A stretch of DNA of 64,000 nucleotides from Candidatus Marinacidobacterales bacterium (GTDB lineage: Bacteria > Acidobacteriota > Vicinamibacteria > Marinacidobacterales > DATDRI01): contig CBDCNP010000002.1 in assembly GCA_965219415.1 (NCBI GenBank), positions 4,192,001 through 4,256,000 on the forward strand, given 5' to 3'. Positions 10,065 through 21,900 of the stretch are shown one piece after another (within the stretch, counting starts at the first letter, position 1; each line of letters begins with the position of its first letter). Position numbers and translations under genes: made by a program. The notes below the pieces were generated by a model. The model made no database searches, was not told where the DNA came from, and was given only the letters and a program-made list of their open reading frames with translations.

Positions 10065-12602
10065 ATGAGGAGCAAGCTACCAAAGCTCGCGGCCCTCGTG
10101 GTGCTGGGCTTGCTTCCCTTCGTTTTCCACTGGAGGCTGTTCACGTTCGACGCCGACGAACGAAAGATTTTCCGCGGCGATTTTCTGAATCAGCACTATG
10201 TCTGGAAGAGTTATGCGCTCACCCGAGTGGCGAGCGGCGAGCTTCCACTCTGGAACCCGCATGTTCTAGGGGGCGTCGCGATTCACGCCAATCCTCAGGT
10301 CGGGATTTTTTACCCTCCTACTTATTTGCTTCTGCCGTTTCAAGTCGACGCTCAGGTGAACTACATCGCCCTGGAGGCTTACCAGCTTCTCCACCAGGTC
10401 TTCGCCGGTCTTGGGATGTGGCTTCTCATGCGCTCGTTCGGTGCTTCGAATCTCGGAGCGCTTTTTGCCGCGCTCGTTTTTATGTTCACGGGATTTTTCA
10501 CCACGCCCGGACACCACGCGATCGTGCTCACGGCAAGCTGGATTCCGTGGACGCTGTACGCGGTAAAACGCGCGATGCTGGGTAAGGGGGCGGCACACCT
10601 CGGCGTTGTCACGCTCGGCCTCGCCGCTATGATCTTGGCTGGACACCCGCAAGTGGCGTACTATGGGATATTGCTGGCGCTGGCGTTCGCGGTGGCGATG
10701 GGAGGATTCAAGAGGACTTGCACACGCGTCGTACCCTCCGTGCTGTTGGCTCTTGGCTTGAGTGCCGTACAGCTTCTCCCGACGTACCAACTCGCCGAGG
10801 ACTCCTCGCGTTCCAAACTCGGCTACGAGTACTCGACATCGTTCGCGTTCTCACCCTACTTGCTCTCATCAGCGTTTGTCCCCCGGGCACAAATCCGGCT
10901 ACCGGGTCAAAACAGCGCCGCTCCTCTTCATCTATACGCCGGTATCGGTACGTTGCTACTCGCCGCTGTTGGTCTCATGCTCGCACCGGAGCGGTGGCGT
11001 TTGTTTTTTGCGGCGTCCGCTCTCGTGGCACTTCTGCTTTCGTTCGGTCGTGACTCGCCGCTATTCGATTTGTTTTACGCCGCAGTGCCTGGTTTCGAAA
11101 AGTTCCGCGTTCCCTATCGTCTTCTTGGCATCTACACGATGGGTGTGGCCGTGCTTGCCGGGCTTGGAGTGAACGTGCTCGAAGATGCTGGTCGCAGGAT
11201 CCGAACTCGCTTGCGAGGAATCGTCAAGGCGGCCTTCGTCGTATTGGCCCTGCTCGCCGCTTGGACTGCATGTCTTCACTCCAACGTCGTTCGTAACGGC
11301 ATGCTCGAGCCAGAGCAAATGGAGCGACTGGTTGGTGGGGGCTACTGGGCAGTGCTTCTGGGCATGCTGAACGTCATTCTGGTGGCTTACGTGGTTTGGC
11401 GACCGAAGGAGCGGTGGGTTGCTCCCGTTGTGCTCGCTATTGCTGTCATCGACTTGGGTGCCTTCGTCAAGGATCGCGGCGAGCGGCCGTTTCAGACCCT
11501 GGCGCGCGCGAACGTGCGACCGGTTCAACTCATAACGCGCGCGCAAGGCTACCGCAGCCGCTACGTTTCTGAATCGAACCTCGCGAACTACGCGACTCTT
11601 CACGGTGTCGACTTCGCCGGCGGCCACGAAGCACTCGTGGACGCCCGCTACTCCGAGCTCCTCGACCTGAGCGATTCGAGCGCGAACGCGTTAGCGCTTC
11701 TAAACGCCAAGTTCATCGCTCGCCGTGGGCCCACCACGAACTACCCTTGGTGCGGATCGCGCTTTGCTTCACCACTTCCGCTGCTCGATATCCCTCCCCA
11801 GATCGCGCCAGTCTCGATTCGGCTGTTACCTCCGGTCACGGCGTCGAGCTTTCGCCTCGATTGGCAGGCGCTCGGCGACCCGACAAGTATCGTGATCGAG
11901 CTGGGCGGAACCACCTACCGCCTCGGACCGGGAACTCCGCTCGACGTCCATTTCGAGAAGCCCGAGCTCATCGAAGAACTCACGGTCCGACTCGTTCGGC
12001 CAAGCCACGGCGTCCGCATCGAATCCATCGAAATCGATCTTAATCCCATAGGGCTTAAAGCCGATTTTCTCGTTCTTGAGAAAATAAAAATCAACTTGCA
12101 TACGTTGCCGCGTGCCTATTTCATGGTGCCGTCACCGGTGCCGAGTGAGCTTCAAACCCTCGAAAATTTGAAGTGTTGGAGCGTACATCAGGGAGTTCAA
12201 ATTCAAGATCCAGAGACGGGCAAAGGGGTATCCGGTTTTTTTCGCAAAAATGCGGTACGGATCAACCGCTATCAGCCGGAATGGATCGAACTCGAGACGA
12301 GCTCACCGCGCGATGGCTTCGTCGTGCTCGCGGACACGTTTCGCCCCGGTTGGATGGCCGAGGTAGACGGGGTGGAAACTCCAATTCTGAGAGCACAGTG
12401 GACGATGCGCGCGGTTTCGGTACCCGCGGGGGAGCACCGCGTGACATTTCGGTACCGACCAAGGTCTTTGCGCACAGGTGCCATCGCGAGTGCGGCCTCC
12501 TCGTTGATGGTGATCGGGTTGCTGGCCGCGGCGTGGCTTCCTGGCCGAAAGGCTAACCTCGACGCCCCTCCCGATGACGATTTCGTCGCTGTGATGCCGT
12601 GA
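10065..12602 (+). CDS. YfhO-family membrane protein (GT-C-like)
   Basis: GELPLWNPHVLGG...NPQVGIFYP, LAGHPQ, PRAYF, PGWMAEVDG, VPAGEHRVTFRYRP. Confidence 0.85.
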   Translation: MRSKLPKLAALVVLGLLPFVFHWRLFTFDADERKIFRGDFLNQHYVWKSYALTRVASGELPLWNPHVLGGVAIHANPQVGIFYPPTYLLLPFQVDAQVNYIALEAYQLLHQVFAGLGMWLLMRSFGASNLGALFAALVFMFTGFFTTPGHHAIVLTASWIPWTLYAVKRAMLGKGAAHLGVVTLGLAAMILAGHPQVAYYGILLALAFAVAMGGFKRTCTRVVPSVLLALGLSAVQLLPTYQLAEDSSRSKLGYEYSTSFAFSPYLLSSAFVPRAQIRLPGQNSAAPLHLYAGIGTLLLAAVGLMLAPERWRLFFAASALVALLLSFGRDSPLFDLFYAAVPGFEKFRVPYRLLGIYTMGVAVLAGLGVNVLEDAGRRIRTRLRGIVKAAFVVLALLAAWTACLHSNVVRNGMLEPEQMERLVGGGYWAVLLGMLNVILVAYVVWRPKERWVAPVVLAIAVIDLGAFVKDRGERPFQTLARANVRPVQLITRAQGYRSRYVSESNLANYATLHGVDFAGGHEALVDARYSELLDLSDSSANALALLNAKFIARRGPTTNYPWCGSRFASPLPLLDIPPQIAPVSIRLLPPVTASSFRLDWQALGDPTSIVIELGGTTYRLGPGTPLDVHFEKPELIEELTVRLVRPSHGVRIESIEIDLNPIGLKADFLVLEKIKINLHTLPRAYFMVPSPVPSELQTLENLKCWSVHQGVQIQDPETGKGVSGFFRKNAVRINRYQPEWIELETSSPRDGFVVLADTFRPGWMAEVDGVETPILRAQWTMRAVSVPAGEHRVTFRYRPRSLRTGAIASAASSLMVIGLLAAAWLPGRKANLDAPPDDDFVAVMP

Positions 12603-12940
12603 GGTCAAAATACTCATGCGGCTTCCCGATGGTTGGAAACGTAGCAGCCCGCCAAGCCGTTCAAGGGAGCGCACCTTGCGCTCGGACTGAGGTAACTGGT
12701 CGCTGGCTAAGAATAGCAGCAGATTCTCCTTGCCTTGATGATTCCTCTTCGTGGTGATGGTAGACGACGTACTTCCTAAGCGCCACGGACCCTCAGATGT
12801 AGCTCAGCATGGTCTTCCAGTCCATCGCGACTCCTTCCGCTGAACTGGAATACGTATCCGACCGCGATGGCGGATTCAAGCGGCCCTTGGAAAGGTGCAA
12901 ACTGCTGACCCGCTGGGCGTTCGAGTATTTTGACCAGACG
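12598..12940 (-). mobile_element. Internally deleted rve element (J/K termini)
   Basis: TIRs CGTGAGGTCAAAATACTC / CGTCTGGTCAAAATACTC; remnants MDWKTMLSY and ERLGGLLRF. Confidence 0.8.
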
Positions 12941-12969
12941 CCCCTGAGCAGGACTTGAGCCGCGATCCG

Positions 12970-14697
12970 CTACGGAGTGAACGCCCGGTAGTAGTCGCCT
13001 CCTCCGAACGTCGCAGATAGTGCCCTGCCGGTGGCGAGGGCGCTGAAGAGGATCCGTTCTGCAGCGTTCTCATCCCCGACGGCGAAAACACCGTCCTCGA
13101 GAGGGAAGAGTTGCCGTGCTCCTCCCCAGGAAGAGACCAGGTAAAGGTGCCCCTTGCGAGCCAGGACGCGGAAGTTGGTCGTCCAAGGATTGTGCGAGCG
13201 GTAGTGGCCCACGTAAGAGTTCCACGACTCGGGAAGCTCGAAGCTCTCGGGCCCTTTGTACCGCTCGTGACGGAACCACTCGTCGCCGTGGAACGCCTCC
13301 ACCACAGTCCCGTCCACACGGTCGAAGACCAGCGGGAACCGCCCGAAATCCGGATGGTCGACGATAAATGCGTCGCTCATCAATGGCAACAGGCGAATCC
13401 GCTCGGCAGAGTGATCGGATCCGGATCCGTCGTTGGGGGCGACCTCGAGGAAAAGCCGGTCCCCATCCGCTAAGACGGCCACCTGCCGGGAGTCGGATCG
13501 GTAGGTACCGGTGTACTCCTCCGGGTTCTCGACGCGCTCGCGATCCTGCGGCTCCGGCAGCGCGGGCAGGTCCTGGCCACGGCGAACCGCAGCGGCGAGG
13601 TCGACCGCGAAGCGCGCCATGCGTCCCGCGGAGCCTCCGGTGTTCGTCATCACGACAGCCCCAACGCCCGCATCCATGTCCGCGAAGATCTGCGAAGTGA
13701 ACGAGAGATGGCCGCCGCCGTGACCCACCAGCGTGCGACCATCCACCTCCTGGATGCGGAGGCCGTAGCCGTAGTGGGCGTTCTCCCCGACCTCGATCGC
13801 CTTGTCGGTGAACAGGTCGAAGCTATCCTCGGATAGGACACGGCCCTCGGGTCCCTCGCCCCGGTTGAGTAACATGCGGACGTAGGCGGCCATGTCGGAG
13901 GGAGTCGACGCGATGCTGCCGTCGCCGGCTCCGTACTCGTGCCAGCCGCTCGGGACAAGGAGACCCCCGGGGAGGGCAGGACGATCATCGTGCAGCGGCC
14001 GATAGGCGACGGCCGAGAGCCGTCGGGTCTCGTGAGTAATCGACCCGTGGGTCGCCGTCATACCCAGCGGCTTCAAGATGCCGGCCTCGAGAATCTCCCC
14101 GAGTGGCTCGCCGCGCACCGCTTCGAGCAGCAGTCCCAGGGTCTTGTACCCGACGTTGGAGTAGTGGTAGCGCTCGCCCGGCCCCGTCACGCGCCGCGAG
14201 TGGCGCAGGGCCCAGGCCTCCCAGTAGCCGTGGGGTGCGAGGTCCGAGCCGTTGATGATGCCCGCCGTGTGAGTGAGCAGATCGTGCACGGTAATCGGTG
14301 GGAAGTCGGACTCGACCTCGAACCAGGGCAGATAGCTCTGCACGGGGGCGTGCAGAGCTATCGTTCCCCGCTCATGCTCCTGCAAGACAGCGACGGCGGT
14401 GAAGGACTTCCCGATCGAGCCCATCAGAAACAGCGTGTCCGGCCCCACCGTGCTGCGGGCATCGAGGTTGGCAAAGCCGTAGGTCCAGACCCCTAGCAGC
14501 CGATCCCCATCGGTTATCGCCATCGCCACGCCCGGCAGAGCCCATTCATCGACCTGCTGTTGGGCGAAGCGGTCCAGCAGGGTGAACGCCTCGTACCACG
14601 ACTCGTCGAGATCCTTCGCGACCTCCTGGTACTGGGGGCCGGTCGATCCGTTCCCGGCGATCAACAGAATCGCAATCGCGATCGTGCCGACATTCAT
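12970..14697 (-). CDS. Serine hydrolase, beta-lactamase/PBP family
   Basis: SIGK (SxxK), LLTHTAG, YSN and GHGG motifs; signal peptide. Confidence 0.9.
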   Translation of the reverse strand: MNVGTIAIAILLIAGNGSTGPQYQEVAKDLDESWYEAFTLLDRFAQQQVDEWALPGVAMAITDGDRLLGVWTYGFANLDARSTVGPDTLFLMGSIGKSFTAVAVLQEHERGTIALHAPVQSYLPWFEVESDFPPITVHDLLTHTAGIINGSDLAPHGYWEAWALRHSRRVTGPGERYHYSNVGYKTLGLLLEAVRGEPLGEILEAGILKPLGMTATHGSITHETRRLSAVAYRPLHDDRPALPGGLLVPSGWHEYGAGDGSIASTPSDMAAYVRMLLNRGEGPEGRVLSEDSFDLFTDKAIEVGENAHYGYGLRIQEVDGRTLVGHGGGHLSFTSQIFADMDAGVGAVVMTNTGGSAGRMARFAVDLAAAVRRGQDLPALPEPQDRERVENPEEYTGTYRSDSRQVAVLADGDRLFLEVAPNDGSGSDHSAERIRLLPLMSDAFIVDHPDFGRFPLVFDRVDGTVVEAFHGDEWFRHERYKGPESFELPESWNSYVGHYRSHNPWTTNFRVLARKGHLYLVSSWGGARQLFPLEDGVFAVGDENAAERILFSALATGRALSATFGGGDYYRAFTP

Positions 14698-14790
14698 TCT
14701 CTTCCTGCACCTCGTTTCGTGAGTCAGCTCAATGGTGGGACCTCATTGCGTGTTGGTGACGGTAGCAGAAGTGCACGTGGCGAGGCAAGA

Positions 14791-14927
14791 AGCGTCTCGA
14801 AGGAGTACAAGGAAGTCCTGGACTCAGGTCGTCGGGTTTCCTGTCCCCAGATAATCGCACCATTCACTTCCACCGACGGCTCTACGAATCCGACATCTGG
14901 ATGCTCACCCTCAACGAGGAGCAGTAA
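14791..14927 (+). pseudogene. Degenerate copy of the kinase 3' end (18718-18859)
   Basis: Shared GACATCTGGATGCTCACCCTCAACGAGGAGCAGTAAC and upstream similarity. Confidence 0.75.
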
Positions 14928-15160
14928 CCCTCTCTTGCCGAGAAAGAAAATTGAATTTTTCTCTTGACAGAATTCCACAACAAAATTTGCAGAGCTTGCT
15001 AACACCTTTGCAGTACTAGCTCTGACGCGCATGTTGACGCTCTAGTCAACGCCTGGAAGTTTCGATACAAAAACTTCGTCGAAGCACGTTCCTCCCGACT
15101 CACGTTGCCTCAAGGCCCAAAAAAATGCGTTGTTATATTGGTCTCGAGGGGGGACGACCT

Positions 15161-16324
15161 ATGTCTAGCAAGTTATTGAAATCGATGTCGGATGATGAGC
15201 TGCTTTGCCGCTTGTCGGGGTTGGTGCAAGAATCGCGACGCGTCGAAGCAGACTTGGTCGCGCACATTGCCGAGGTGGACGCGCGGCGTCTCTACGCACG
15301 TGAAGCTTGCTCGTCGATGTTTACTTATTGCACCGAAGTGTTGCATATGTCCGAGGCGGAGGCCTATCTCCGAATCCGAGTTGCGCGCGCATCGCTAAAA
15401 CACCCGGCGCTCCTCCGGATGCTGGAGGACGGCCGTATCTATCTGACCGGCGCGGCCAAGCTGTCTCCGCACCTCACGGAGGCAAATCGGGAAGCGGTTC
15501 TGCCGCGTGCTGCGCACAAGTCCAAGGCAAAGATCGAAGAGCTGGTGGTGGAGATTGCGCCGAAGCCCGATGTTGCGCCAGCCATACGCAAGCTTCCCGC
15601 GCCCGCCCAACTGCATCCGGACGCAGTAGTGTTACCGAAGGCCACGGCGCCGCGACCCGTTGAGCCCCTGGCACCTGCCCGCTACAAGGTGCAGTTCACG
15701 GCCAGCGCGGAGTTCAAGGACAAGATCGAGCGCCTGCGTGGCCTCATGCCGGAAGGCGACCTGGCCGCCATCATTGAAGAGGCTGTGACCGAGAAGCTCG
15801 AGCGGTTGGAGTCGAGGCGCTACGGTAAGACGCGGGCGCCGAGACGGGATCTCAAAGACACCGACACATCGCCGTCTTCACGCTACATCCCGGCCGCGGT
15901 GAGGCGCGCGGTGAGCGAGCGGGACGGATATCAGTGCACCTTCGTAGTCGCACAAGGTAGACGCTGCAAGGAGCGGCAATCACTTCAGTTCCATCACTGC
16001 GATCCTTACGCACGCGGCGGAGACCACAGCCCAGAAAACATTCAATTGATGTGCCCCACGCACAACCAGTATCTGGCGGATTGCGAGTACGGAACCCAAG
16101 TGATGGAGCGTCATCGCGGTGGAGCGGACCAGGCGCGCGAGCCTGCGCCCGCGTACTCATTGACTTTTCAGCCTGTGGCGGACTATTTTCATATCAACAA
16201 GGGAATCCCTTCATGGTCGGGCGCACACTTTCCCACTACAAGGTTCTCGAAAAGCTCGGCAGCGGCGGTATGGGCGAAGTTTATGTCGCTGAAGATACCA
16301 AGCTCAGCCGCCAGGTCGCGCTGA
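15161..16324 (+). CDS. HNH endonuclease-domain protein (DUF222-like N-terminus); 3' end uncertain because it overlaps the kinase
   Basis: RRAVSERDGYQC...C...FHH...GG...ENIQLMCPTHN. Confidence 0.8.
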   Translation: MSSKLLKSMSDDELLCRLSGLVQESRRVEADLVAHIAEVDARRLYAREACSSMFTYCTEVLHMSEAEAYLRIRVARASLKHPALLRMLEDGRIYLTGAAKLSPHLTEANREAVLPRAAHKSKAKIEELVVEIAPKPDVAPAIRKLPAPAQLHPDAVVLPKATAPRPVEPLAPARYKVQFTASAEFKDKIERLRGLMPEGDLAAIIEEAVTEKLERLESRRYGKTRAPRRDLKDTDTSPSSRYIPAAVRRAVSERDGYQCTFVVAQGRRCKERQSLQFHHCDPYARGGDHSPENIQLMCPTHNQYLADCEYGTQVMERHRGGADQAREPAPAYSLTFQPVADYFHINKGIPSWSGAHFPTTRFSKSSAAAVWAKFMSLKIPSSAARSR

Positions 16325-18858
16325 AACTCCTTCCGCCCGAGATGGCATCCTCTGAGCGTCGGATGCGTTTCGAGCGTGAAGCCAAGGCCGTCGCTGCGCT
16401 CAATCATCCCAATATCGTCACCATTCACTCGGTCGAGGAGGCGGAGAGCATCCACTTCATCACCATGGAGCTGGTGCGTGGTAAGACGCTCAGCGAGCTC
16501 ATCCCCCAAAAGGGTCTGCCGCTCAACAAATTCTTCGAGGTCGCGATACCGCTGGCCGATGCGGTGAGTGCCGCGCACCAGAAGGGAATCACCCACCGTG
16601 ACTTGAAGCCCGAGAACCTCATGGTGAGCGATGAGGGGCGGTTGAAGATCCTCGACTTCGGACTGGCGAAGCTGAAGCAAAAGTTTGCCGAGGCGGGTAT
16701 CAGTGAGCTTCCCACGCAGTCGCCAACTCAGGAAGGTCGGATCTTGGGCACGGTGGCTTACATGTCGCCGGAGCAGGCGGAGGGAAAGTCGGTAAACCAC
16801 CGCTCGGATATCTTCTCCATTGGCATCATTCTTTATCAGATGGCCACGGGTGAGCGTCCATTCAAAGGCGATTCCACGGTTTCGATTCTGTCCTCGATCC
16901 TCAGAGAGGCGCCCGCGTCGGTCACGGAACTGAATCCAGACGTACCCCGAGACCTAAGCAAGATCATCCGGCACTGTCTGGTCAAGGATCCCGAAGATCG
17001 TTACCAGACAGCCAAGGACCTGCGCTATGAATTGAAAGAGCTGAAGCAGGAAGTAGAATCGGGTGAGGTCTTGGGAGGCGTCCCCCCCGCTAAGTCAAAA
17101 AACAGGTGGCCGGTGCTCGCCGCCGTCGCGGCGCTGGCCCTGATAGTGATAGCGAGTGTGGTGGGCTATCTATTGCGTCCGGGTGAAGTCGCTGAGGTAA
17201 CAACCGGGTCGCCTATCGCAGGCACTTTCACTCAACTCACCTCCCGGCCCGGAACGGAGTGGCTGCCAGGGCTTTCGCCAGACGGGGAGTTTTTTGTCTA
17301 CGAGGGTTACGCGTCTGGCAATGCGGACATTTACTTACAGCGGGTGGGCGGAGAAAGGTCCATCAACCTGACGGAGAATTCACTGGCTGAGGACTGGGAA
17401 CCCGCGTTCTCTCCGGACGGAAAGGAAATAGCGTTTTATTCCGACCGTCTTGGTGGAGGAATCTTCATCATGGGAGCGACGGGCGAGAACGTCCGGCGTT
17501 TGACTGATGTTGGTTTCGACCCCGCATGGTCGCCGGACGGGAGTGAGGTTGCCTGCGCTGAAGAAAGGAGCGTTGCTGCACTAAGCAGAAATATCGTCCC
17601 TAGCAAGCTCTGGGCCGTCAACGTCACGAGCGGCGAGAAGCGGCTCATCACCGAGGGGGACGCAGTGGAGCCGATCTGGTCTCCTCACGGTCACCGGATT
17701 GCTTACTGGGGCTTTCTGAAAGGAGGCGCACAGCCAGACATTTGGACGATACCGTCACAAGGGGGAGAAGCGGTTCCCGTCACAGGAGGTGCAGCTCTTG
17801 ATTGGAGTCCCGTCTGGTCACCCGATGGCAAGTTTCTCTACTTCCTCAGCAATCGAGGGGGTGCGGCAGGCTTGTGGCGAGTGGCCATCGACGAGGTATC
17901 GGGAAAGATCCTTGGAGAACCGCAGCCAATGAACCTGCCGTCCACTGATGTGGATAATCTTTCCATCTCTCACGATGGGAAACGCATCGCCTACACCGAC
18001 GGGGACTACAGGGCGAACCTGCATAGAATCGACTTTGATCCCCAGACGGGAAAGACAAGCGGGGAGCCCGTCGCGATCACCCATGGCACCACAACGTCAG
18101 CTTCCCCCGATGTCTCTCCCGATGGCCAGTGGCTAGCCTTTGACTCCCATGCGTCGTTCCAGCCAGTGGATATCTTCCTAATACGAACGGATGGTTCCGA
18201 CCGCATTCAGCTCACCTCCGACATAGTCTGGGACCGTCGGCCCAGATGGTCGCCCGACGGAAGCCGGATTGCTTTTTTTTCCGATCGAGGTGGCAGCACC
18301 GAAATTTGGACTGTCAAACCAGACGGCAGCCAATTTGAGCAGGTCACCGATAAGGGCAACGCGATCGAGCCGGTCTGGTCCCCGGATGAATCGCAGCTAG
18401 CGTACTCTTATAGCGTAGGGGGCTCCACCACACACATTCTTGACGTGGGCAAGCCGTGGAAGGAGCAAACCCCGCGAGTATTGGCCAGGCCCGCGTGGGA
18501 AGGGGACACCTTTGAGGTTAAGTCCTGGTCGCCCGATGGGAAGTTGCTAACTGGTCAAATCCTGACTGCCGCGGGCAGATCCGATGGTGTTGCCACTTAC
18601 TCTATCGATTCTCAACAATACCAGAGGCTGGTAGAGCTCCCAGGTGGGTATTGTCGGTGGCTAAACGACAGCCGCAGACTGCTTTTCGAGTCGGACGGAA
18701 AGCTCTACATACTAGATAGCGTCTCGAAGGAGTACGAGGAAGTCCTGGACCCAGGTGGTTGGTTTTCCCTATCCCGGGATAATCGCACCATTTACTTCGA
18801 CCGCGCAGAACTCTTTGAAGCTGACATCTGGATGCTCACCCTCAACGAGGAGCAGTAA
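16213..18858 (+). CDS. Ser/Thr protein kinase with TM segment and PD40/TolB-like propeller
   Basis: LGSGGMGEVY, HRDLKPEN, DFGLAK, YMSPEQ; many WSPDG repeats. Confidence 0.95.
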   Translation: MVGRTLSHYKVLEKLGSGGMGEVYVAEDTKLSRQVALKLLPPEMASSERRMRFEREAKAVAALNHPNIVTIHSVEEAESIHFITMELVRGKTLSELIPQKGLPLNKFFEVAIPLADAVSAAHQKGITHRDLKPENLMVSDEGRLKILDFGLAKLKQKFAEAGISELPTQSPTQEGRILGTVAYMSPEQAEGKSVNHRSDIFSIGIILYQMATGERPFKGDSTVSILSSILREAPASVTELNPDVPRDLSKIIRHCLVKDPEDRYQTAKDLRYELKELKQEVESGEVLGGVPPAKSKNRWPVLAAVAALALIVIASVVGYLLRPGEVAEVTTGSPIAGTFTQLTSRPGTEWLPGLSPDGEFFVYEGYASGNADIYLQRVGGERSINLTENSLAEDWEPAFSPDGKEIAFYSDRLGGGIFIMGATGENVRRLTDVGFDPAWSPDGSEVACAEERSVAALSRNIVPSKLWAVNVTSGEKRLITEGDAVEPIWSPHGHRIAYWGFLKGGAQPDIWTIPSQGGEAVPVTGGAALDWSPVWSPDGKFLYFLSNRGGAAGLWRVAIDEVSGKILGEPQPMNLPSTDVDNLSISHDGKRIAYTDGDYRANLHRIDFDPQTGKTSGEPVAITHGTTTSASPDVSPDGQWLAFDSHASFQPVDIFLIRTDGSDRIQLTSDIVWDRRPRWSPDGSRIAFFSDRGGSTEIWTVKPDGSQFEQVTDKGNAIEPVWSPDESQLAYSYSVGGSTTHILDVGKPWKEQTPRVLARPAWEGDTFEVKSWSPDGKLLTGQILTAAGRSDGVATYSIDSQQYQRLVELPGGYCRWLNDSRRLLFESDGKLYILDSVSKEYEEVLDPGGWFSLSRDNRTIYFDRAELFEADIWMLTLNEEQ

Positions 18859-18907
18859 CGCCCCACCAATAGGGAAACTCGATCGAACAATAAAAGGCGG
18901 TGTCGAG

Positions 18908-21900
18908 ATGAGGCACTTTTACACCCGCAAACCATATCCATTTTTCATCGCTGCTCTGTGCTGGCTAGGGTCGGGCTGGGTCGAAGCTCAAAGCCGTTCC
19001 GAAGGCATGGCACCCACCTTCGAGCCCTCGCTGTATCAGGCACTCGAATACCGATCGATTGGTCCGCTCCGGGGAGGGCGTGCGCCCACGGTCGCGGGTG
19101 TTCCCGGTGAGCTTTTCACTTTTTACATGGGCACGTCCGGCGGTGGGGTCTGGAAGACCATCGATGCCGGCACGACGTGGGACAACATTTCGGACGGCTA
19201 TTTCGAAGCCGGTTCGATCGGAGCCATTGCCGTTGCCGCTTCGGATCCGAACGTCGTTTATGCAGGCACTGGCGAAGCGTGCCTTCGGGGAAATGTTCAG
19301 ACCGGAGTGGGTGTCTACAAGTCTCGCGATGCGGGCAAGACATGGGAGCACATCGGCCTCGAGAATTCGGGACAGATCGGTCGAATTCGTGTTCATCCCA
19401 AAAACCCCGATCTCGTCTACGTGGCCGTCTTGGGGCACGCTTTCGGTCGCAACGAGGAGCGCGGTGTGTTCCGCTCGAAAGACGGGGGAGCGACCTGGGA
19501 AAAGTCCCTTCACGTAAGCGACGAGGCCGGCGCAGTGGATTTGGCTATGGATGTCAACAAGCCCCTGGTTCTGTACGCTGCAATCTATCGAGTTATCCGC
19601 AAACCCTGGCTATTGGTCAGCGGCGGCAAGGATAGCGGCCTCTACAAGAGCACCGACGGCGGTGACTCCTGGACGGAGCTGACGAATGGCCTTCCTACCG
19701 GCCTCAAGGGCAGGATAGGCGTCAGCGTCTCTCCCGCGAACTCGGAGAAGGTCTACGTGAATGCCGAAGCCGACGACGGTGGAGGCGTTTATCGCTCCGA
19801 CGACGGCGGGGAGAGCTTCATTCGCGTCAGCAAAGATCGCATGCTGGTGGCTCGCCCCTTTTACTTCACGCATATCGTCGCTGACCCGGTCGATGAGAAC
19901 ACGGTCTATGTCATGAGCCTGGACTTTTACAGGTCGGTCGATGGCGGAAAAAGCTACGAGGAGATCACTGGAACCCACGGGGACTTCCACGATCTGTGGA
20001 TCAACCCGGACAACCCCAAAGTCATGATCAGTGGAAACGACGGTGGAGGGGCAGTCACGTTCAACGGCGGAAAGTCATGGTCGACGCAAATGAACCAACC
20101 TACCGCTGAGTTCTACCGGGTCGCCGTTGACAATCAGTTTCCCTACCGTGTCTACGGCCCACAGCAGGACAACTCTTCGATTTCCGTTCCGAGCCGTGTT
20201 GCCCGCCGGCGAGTCGTACCGGACATGTATCCGGTGGGCGGAGGGGAGCAAGGGCACGTTTGGGTGCATCCGACGAACTCGAACATCGTTTACGCCGGCG
20301 AGTACGAGGGGCAGATCACCCGGTACGACCACCAGACGGGTGACCTCAGAGACATCGAAACCTACCCTCAGCTCGCGGAGGGGCTACCCGCCGAGGTTCT
20401 GAAGTACCGGTTTCAGATGAACGCTCCCATCCGGGTCTCTCCCCACGACCCGTACACCCTCTACCACACTTCTCAGTACGTACATCGATCGACCAACGAA
20501 GGCCAGAGCTGGGAGATTATAAGCTCCGATCTAACCACCAACGACAAGAGCAAACAGGGGCCATCCGGCGGGCCGATCACCAGGGATCATACCGGTCCCG
20601 AAACGTACTGCACCATATTCGCTTTCGAGGAATCTCCGCACCAAGCGGGAGTCTTCTGGGTCGGCACCGATGACGGTCTTGTTCATCTTTCCCGAGACGG
20701 GGGCGCCAACTGGACGAACATCACTCCCGAGGGGATGCCGGAATGGGGAACGGTGAACATGATCGAGTTGTCTCCTCACGACCCGGGGCGAGCCCTCCTC
20801 GCCGTGCACAGATACCGACTCGACGATTTCACTCCCTACATCTACCGAACCGATGACTACGGCAAGAGCTGGACGCTGCTAACCAACGGCGACGCGAACG
20901 GCATCCCCGCGAAGCATTTTGTCCGGGTGGTTCGGGAAGACCCGTTTCGCAAGGGACTCTTGTATGCGGGCACCGAGTTCGGCATGTACGTTTCCTTCAA
21001 TGATGGAGAGAGCTGGCAATCGTTGCAGCTGAACCTTCCCATCGTCCAAATTGCCGATATGGTGATCAAAGAACAAGATCTCGTCGTGGCAACCCATGGC
21101 CGGTCCTTTTGGATTCTCGATGACATTACCCCGCTTCATGAGATCAACGAGGAAATGTCCAAGAGGCCCTATCTCTTCGAATCGAAGGATGGCGACCGTC
21201 GGACAGGCTTTACCGCCTACTACAACTTGACGGAAGTACCCGAGGAGGCAATCAAGCTCGAATTCCTCGAGTCGAACGAGGAGGTCATTCAGACGTTCTC
21301 GAGCAGCGACGATGACGGTTTATCGGCAAAGAGAGGCATGAATCGTTTCGTCTGGAATCTGCGCTACCCGGCCGCCGATGTCGTGGACGGCGCGTTTTGG
21401 TTCGGTGGCCGAAATGCCGGCCCCCTGGCGGTCCCTGGCAGCTACCGGGTAAGGCTCAGCGTTGGCGAATCGACAGAGACGCGTTCCTTTGAAGTGAAGA
21501 GGGACCCTCGACTCGAGACGAGTCCAGCTGATTTCCAGGAGCAATTCGATCTAGCGGTCGAGATTCGTGACGCGATCACCCGCATGACGGATGCGATCAA
21601 GCGGATCAGGAACATACGCGATCAGGTCGAGAGACTTTCGGCTCTATTGAACGAAGCCGGCTATGAAGATGATTTCGTTCCTGTAGCTACGAATCTCAAC
21701 GGCAAGCTCACATCTATCGAAGAAAAACTGATGCAGACGAAGAATGAGAGGGGTCCGGACACCAGCAACTTTCCGACGCAACTGGATAGCCAGCTCATCC
21801 GGGTCTTGAGTCTCGTCATCGGCTCCGGGCACAAGCCCACCGACGGCGATCACACGCGCTTCGATGACCTGAAGGTCGAGCTGGACTCTTACCTTGAGGA

